Positions 28,788-32,000 of a DNA stretch of 32,000 nt are shown here, in pieces. Each line of letters begins with the position of its first letter. Position 1 is the stretch's first letter. The stretch covers positions 60,001 to 92,000 of the forward strand of contig JAQTTP010000003.1 of the NCBI GenBank assembly GCA_028710695.1, given 5' to 3'. The translations under genes and the position numbers were made by a program. Source of the stretch: Candidatus Iainarchaeum sp. GTDB taxonomy: Archaea; Iainarchaeota; Iainarchaeia; Iainarchaeales; 0-14-0-20-30-16. The notes under the pieces are model-generated. The model worked only from the letters and a program-made list of their open reading frames with translations. It was not told the DNA's origin and ran no database searches.

Positions 28788-29984
28788 ATGCGTGTGGCTT
28801 TTATTTCAGATACTCATCTAGGGTTTTCTAAGCATAAAGTTGAACTTGACTCCTATATCTATGCAGAACAAGCCTTAAAGATCGCTAAAGAAAAAGCGGA
28901 TTTGATTGTTTTGCCTGGAGACATATTTGATAGCTCAAGCCCTGGCGAAGACTGTTTATCTAAGGCGTTTTCTATTTTGCAAATATTTAAGGGGTTTGAA
29001 TCTAAAGCAAAAATGATTGGGGTTGTAGATAGAAGGCAACATAATAGTCAAATTACTTTGGGTATGCCAATAGTTGCTATTCCTGGTACTCACGAATACA
29101 AACTGAAAGAAGATGGTCCTTTAGAAGTATTAGAAAATGCGGGATATCTTGTTTGCTTGCATGCGGGCTATTGTAAAATACAGAAAGGGGAAGAAATAGT
29201 TAATATTTTTGGAATGAAAGGTGTTCCTGAGCAGGTTGCAAGAGATGCTCTGAAAAAACTTTCTTTTATTCCGCAAGATGGAAAGAATATTCTTGTTTTG
29301 CATCAGTCTTTTAAGGAACTTCTGCCGTTTAATGACGAGATGGTGGCTACTTTAGAATACAAAGATCTGCCGTCTGGATTTGACTTGTATGTTAATGGGC
29401 ATATCCATCAGCATAAAACTTTTGAATTGGATTCAGGAGTATTTCTTATCCCTGGTTCTACAATAAACACCCAGGTTAGAAAGTCGGAAATTAAACATAG
29501 GAAAGGGTTTGTTGTTTATGACACAGAATCAAAGAATGTGGAATTCGTGGAAATTCCTATTCAGAGGCAGTATAAGTATTTAGAATTGGATGTTTCTAAT
29601 GGGCTTGAAGATCAGGAAATTATATTTGACGGATTAAAACCGGTGTCTTATTCTTTATTTGGAAAAGAAGTTGTTCTTGAGCCATATGTGAAAGTTAAGA
29701 TTGTTGGGGAAATTGATGAACATAAGAAAAACATTTTGCAGACCATAAAGAAAAGAGATGGGTTTATTATTGACGTTGAGAAGGATCTTTCTGTAATTGA
29801 GCAGAAAATAAAAGATATTGACCTAAAAGCTATAAGAGATGGGGCAATTACAACTGCAGAGAATGTGTTCTTTGACAATTTGTATAGCTCAGGGTTTAAG
29901 AAGTCATTTGACTTAAAACAGGTTTTTGAATATCTTAAAGAAGAAAAGCCAGATAAGGTAATGGAACACCTGGAGAAAGATTAG
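28788..29984 (+). CDS. mre11: Mre11-like DNA repair nuclease (metallophosphoesterase), 398 aa
   Basis: FISDTHLG, LPGDIFDSS, AIPGTHEY, LVLHQSF and YVNGHIHQHK metallophosphoesterase motifs. Confidence 0.8.
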   Translation: MRVAFISDTHLGFSKHKVELDSYIYAEQALKIAKEKADLIVLPGDIFDSSSPGEDCLSKAFSILQIFKGFESKAKMIGVVDRRQHNSQITLGMPIVAIPGTHEYKLKEDGPLEVLENAGYLVCLHAGYCKIQKGEEIVNIFGMKGVPEQVARDALKKLSFIPQDGKNILVLHQSFKELLPFNDEMVATLEYKDLPSGFDLYVNGHIHQHKTFELDSGVFLIPGSTINTQVRKSEIKHRKGFVVYDTESKNVEFVEIPIQRQYKYLELDVSNGLEDQEIIFDGLKPVSYSLFGKEVVLEPYVKVKIVGEIDEHKKNILQTIKKRDGFIIDVEKDLSVIEQKIKDIDLKAIRDGAITTAENVFFDNLYSSGFKKSFDLKQVFEYLKEEKPDKVMEHLEKD

Positions 29985-31438
29985 TTCTCACAAGCCCCAC
30001 ACAACATATAATTTAAATGTGATTTTACCTTTTCTTTTTGTTCTTGTGGAGTGAAATATAAGGCGGCTTTACAAAAGTCGCTGTTACTTATTTTCTTACT
30101 TGTATATTTGTATTTTTCTAATACTAATTTAAGTGTGTTTATTGTATTCTCTTTGCCAATATTAAAATAGAGGTATTCCAGAATGAGGTATCTGCCTGCA
30201 TAACTTGATTTTATATAGTCTCCAGTTAAGTCACAAACTGGCTTATTAAAGTCAATGGTCTTTAAGTTGTTGTAAAGTCCGTCTTTATAATCATCTAATA
30301 CTGTGGAATATGCTGTGTGCCCAATTCCTATTGAATCAAAGTCGTTTTTGAAGTCTGTAATTAATATAAGCGGCAGTACACTAGATGGCGCCTCAGTTAA
30401 CCATTCTTGACACATCCCATTAAAAAAATAAGAATGAACTAATTCATGGCCTAACAGCCAGGGATGATTTACTCCGGACTCTCCCCCAATAACTATTGAT
30501 CCTGGGCTTCCCAGGGCTGCGTTTCCAAATGATTGGACAATTATGTCCTTGCAGGGGAATTGAACAATATAACTTTGAATCTGTGGAATATACTTTTCCA
30601 ATATTATTTTGCCTTGGTTTGCAATCTCTAGTCGTTCCGTAGTTGGATCTGGCACGAAAATTGTAATTCCTACTCCTTCGCTTGAAGAAGTGATTTCGTC
30701 TACTTCTATGTTTAAATCAGTATAATTCCACTTTTTTACATATTCAGGGGTAAGACAATTAAACGGATCTTCCTTTAGTTCCATAATTCCATAAACTTCT
30801 TGTAAAGCATTGCCATAATTTATCTCTTCATGTGCTTGTTCATTACAATAGTGGTTATCGCAAATTAAGCCAGACAAACAATCTGAGTCTTGATTGCAAG
30901 CTCCATATGTTAGTTCACATGATTTGTTATTGCAGTATTCCCAATTGTCACAATCATCATCATATACACATTTATTTTCTTCTAGTTTGCAAGAGTTATT
31001 GATGCAGATGTAAGGCAGATTACAACTTGGGTTATTGTATTCACAGCCATCTTTTAAGAAACAATTTCCGCTAGAACAATAATGCTGATTGTCACAATAT
31101 TTGTTTTTATATCCTTCAAAGTTTTCACAACATTGATAAGGGCAATCAAGGATAATTGGGGTGGTTGGCTTTGTACCTGTGGTTGTTGTGTTTGTGTCGG
31201 GAGTTGTTTTTGTTTGGATATTTGTAATTGTTTGTTCTGTGTTTATATCTTTTTTACATTGCCAATATTCACTACACTTAAACCCTTCTTGGCAGCCTTT
31301 GTCTAAATATTGGGAATCATCATAGCAACATTCAAAAGGGCAGGCTTTCTTTTGATCTGTAATATTGTCCGTAATACAGCCAGATAGGGAAAGCACAATT
31401 ATTGAAAGTATAAGTAAAGTAAGCAAGTATTTTGTCAT
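29981..31438 (-). CDS. Cys-rich secreted lipoprotein with HExxH metallopeptidase-like motif, 485 aa
   Basis: Lipobox-like IIVLSLSGC; many Cys pairs (CDNWEYCNNKSC, CNQDSDCLSGLICDNHYC); GHELVHSYFFNGMCQEWLTEAPS. Confidence 0.75.
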   Translation of the reverse strand: MTKYLLTLLILSIIVLSLSGCITDNITDQKKACPFECCYDDSQYLDKGCQEGFKCSEYWQCKKDINTEQTITNIQTKTTPDTNTTTTGTKPTTPIILDCPYQCCENFEGYKNKYCDNQHYCSSGNCFLKDGCEYNNPSCNLPYICINNSCKLEENKCVYDDDCDNWEYCNNKSCELTYGACNQDSDCLSGLICDNHYCNEQAHEEINYGNALQEVYGIMELKEDPFNCLTPEYVKKWNYTDLNIEVDEITSSSEGVGITIFVPDPTTERLEIANQGKIILEKYIPQIQSYIVQFPCKDIIVQSFGNAALGSPGSIVIGGESGVNHPWLLGHELVHSYFFNGMCQEWLTEAPSSVLPLILITDFKNDFDSIGIGHTAYSTVLDDYKDGLYNNLKTIDFNKPVCDLTGDYIKSSYAGRYLILEYLYFNIGKENTINTLKLVLEKYKYTSKKISNSDFCKAALYFTPQEQKEKVKSHLNYMLCGACEN

Positions 31439-31483
31439 AATTTAATTAGGAAATAGTTGTATAAATAACATTTGTTGTTGAGA

Positions 31484-31555
31484 TGCCCCGGCCGGGAATT
31501 GAACCCGGGTCGAAAGAGTGAGAGTCTTTCGTGATAGCCACTACACTACCGGGGC
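31484..31555 (-). tRNA. tRNA-Glu(CTC)
   Basis: Acceptor GCCCCGG/CCGGGGC, anticodon stem AAAGA/TCTTT with loop CTCTCAC (CTC), T arm CCGGG-TTCAATT-CCCGG. Confidence 0.93.
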
Positions 31556-31557
31556 AC

Positions 31558-31577
31558 TAGCCTTTTAATAAAGGCTA
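31558..31577. repeat. Perfect 8-bp hairpin adjacent to 5' end of tRNA-Glu
   Basis: TAGCCTTT-TAAT-AAAGGCTA. Confidence 0.6.
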
Positions 31578-31720
31578 AGTTTGCCAAAATTGGGTCCATC
31601 TTCGCGGCTAGCCGCTCGATAACCCTTACTTACTTTTTTGGAGAGCTTACCGTTTTCTTTCTTTTATGAACTTAAGCTCTTCCAAGAATCTTTTTTGCAA
31701 AGCAAAAAAATTCAGGGGCT

Positions 31721-31762
31721 AAAGCAGTTTGTGAAACAAACTGGCTTTTTCTTTTCTTTTTT
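31721..31762 (+). terminator. Intrinsic-terminator-like hairpin plus T-rich tract
   Basis: AAAGC-AGTTTGT-GAA-ACAAACT-(G)-GCTTT followed by TTTCTTTTCTTTTTT (one bulged G). Confidence 0.5.
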
Positions 31763-31784
31763 GAAAAGAAAGAAAAACTTAGAG

Positions 31785-31868
31785 TGCTGGAGGCAGGACT
31801 TGAACCTGCGAAGGCACTAAGCCAACAGATCTTGAGTCTGTCCCGTTTGACCGCTTCGGTACCCCAGC
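31785..31868 (-). tRNA. tRNA-Leu(CAA)
   Basis: Acceptor GCTGGGG/CTCCAGC (one G-U), anticodon stem ACAGA/TCTGT with loop CTCAAGA (CAA), long variable arm TTGGCTTAGTGCCTTC, T arm GCAGG-TTCAAGT-CCTGC. Confidence 0.93.
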
Positions 31869-31869
31869 T

Positions 31870-31927
31870 CGGGAACAAACTTTCCCGTTCGAGTTGTACC
31901 ACACAAGGTGGTACGGTGCTAATGCAC
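31870..31927. repeat. Three consecutive perfect hairpins just 5' of tRNA-Leu
   Basis: CGGGAA-CAAACT-TTCCCG (31870-31887), GTACCAC-ACAAG-GTGGTAC (31896-31914), GTGC-TAAT-GCAC (31916-31927). Confidence 0.7.
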
Positions 31928-32000
31928 AAGCCTTTAGTTAATATAATATATCTATATCTAATACAAAATATATATAAATAAAATCTTTGGGTCTAACTTT

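Noticed and set aside
31638-31981. 60-85 aa ORFs at the right end
   Set aside because: They overlap tRNA-Leu and the hairpin-dense intergenic region; translations such as LEAGLEPAKALSQQILSL are read-through of a tRNA gene.

Overview
AT-rich archaeal chromosomal window. Ribosomal protein L40e, ScpA, an Mre11-like nuclease and tRNAs without encoded CCA suggest a DPANN/Woesearchaeota-like genome, though that placement is inference. The dominant feature is three co-directional giant paralogous genes (about 2603, 2412 and 2458 aa; roughly 158-24874). They share a short N-terminal cytoplasmic motif plus one TM helix, arrays of Ig-like/carboxypeptidase-regulatory-like modules, a variable Gly-rich hydrophobic centre and a related C-terminal module. 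The third giant is followed by a tight cluster of four small multi-TM proteins, then a fifth small membrane protein with its own candidate promoter. I consider this a candidate undescribed cell-surface or envelope-spanning system. Giants 1 and 2 are separated by scpA, an L40e gene missing from the ORF track, tRNA-Arg(TCT) and an atypical kinase-like gene. The right end carries a UDG-like protein, GNAT acetyltransferase, divergent RpiA-like protein, Mre11-like nuclease, a Cys-rich lipoprotein with HExxH, tRNA-Glu(CTC) and tRNA-Leu(CAA). Perfect hairpins are dense around the tRNA genes. No CRISPR array, transposase or integrase was recognised.
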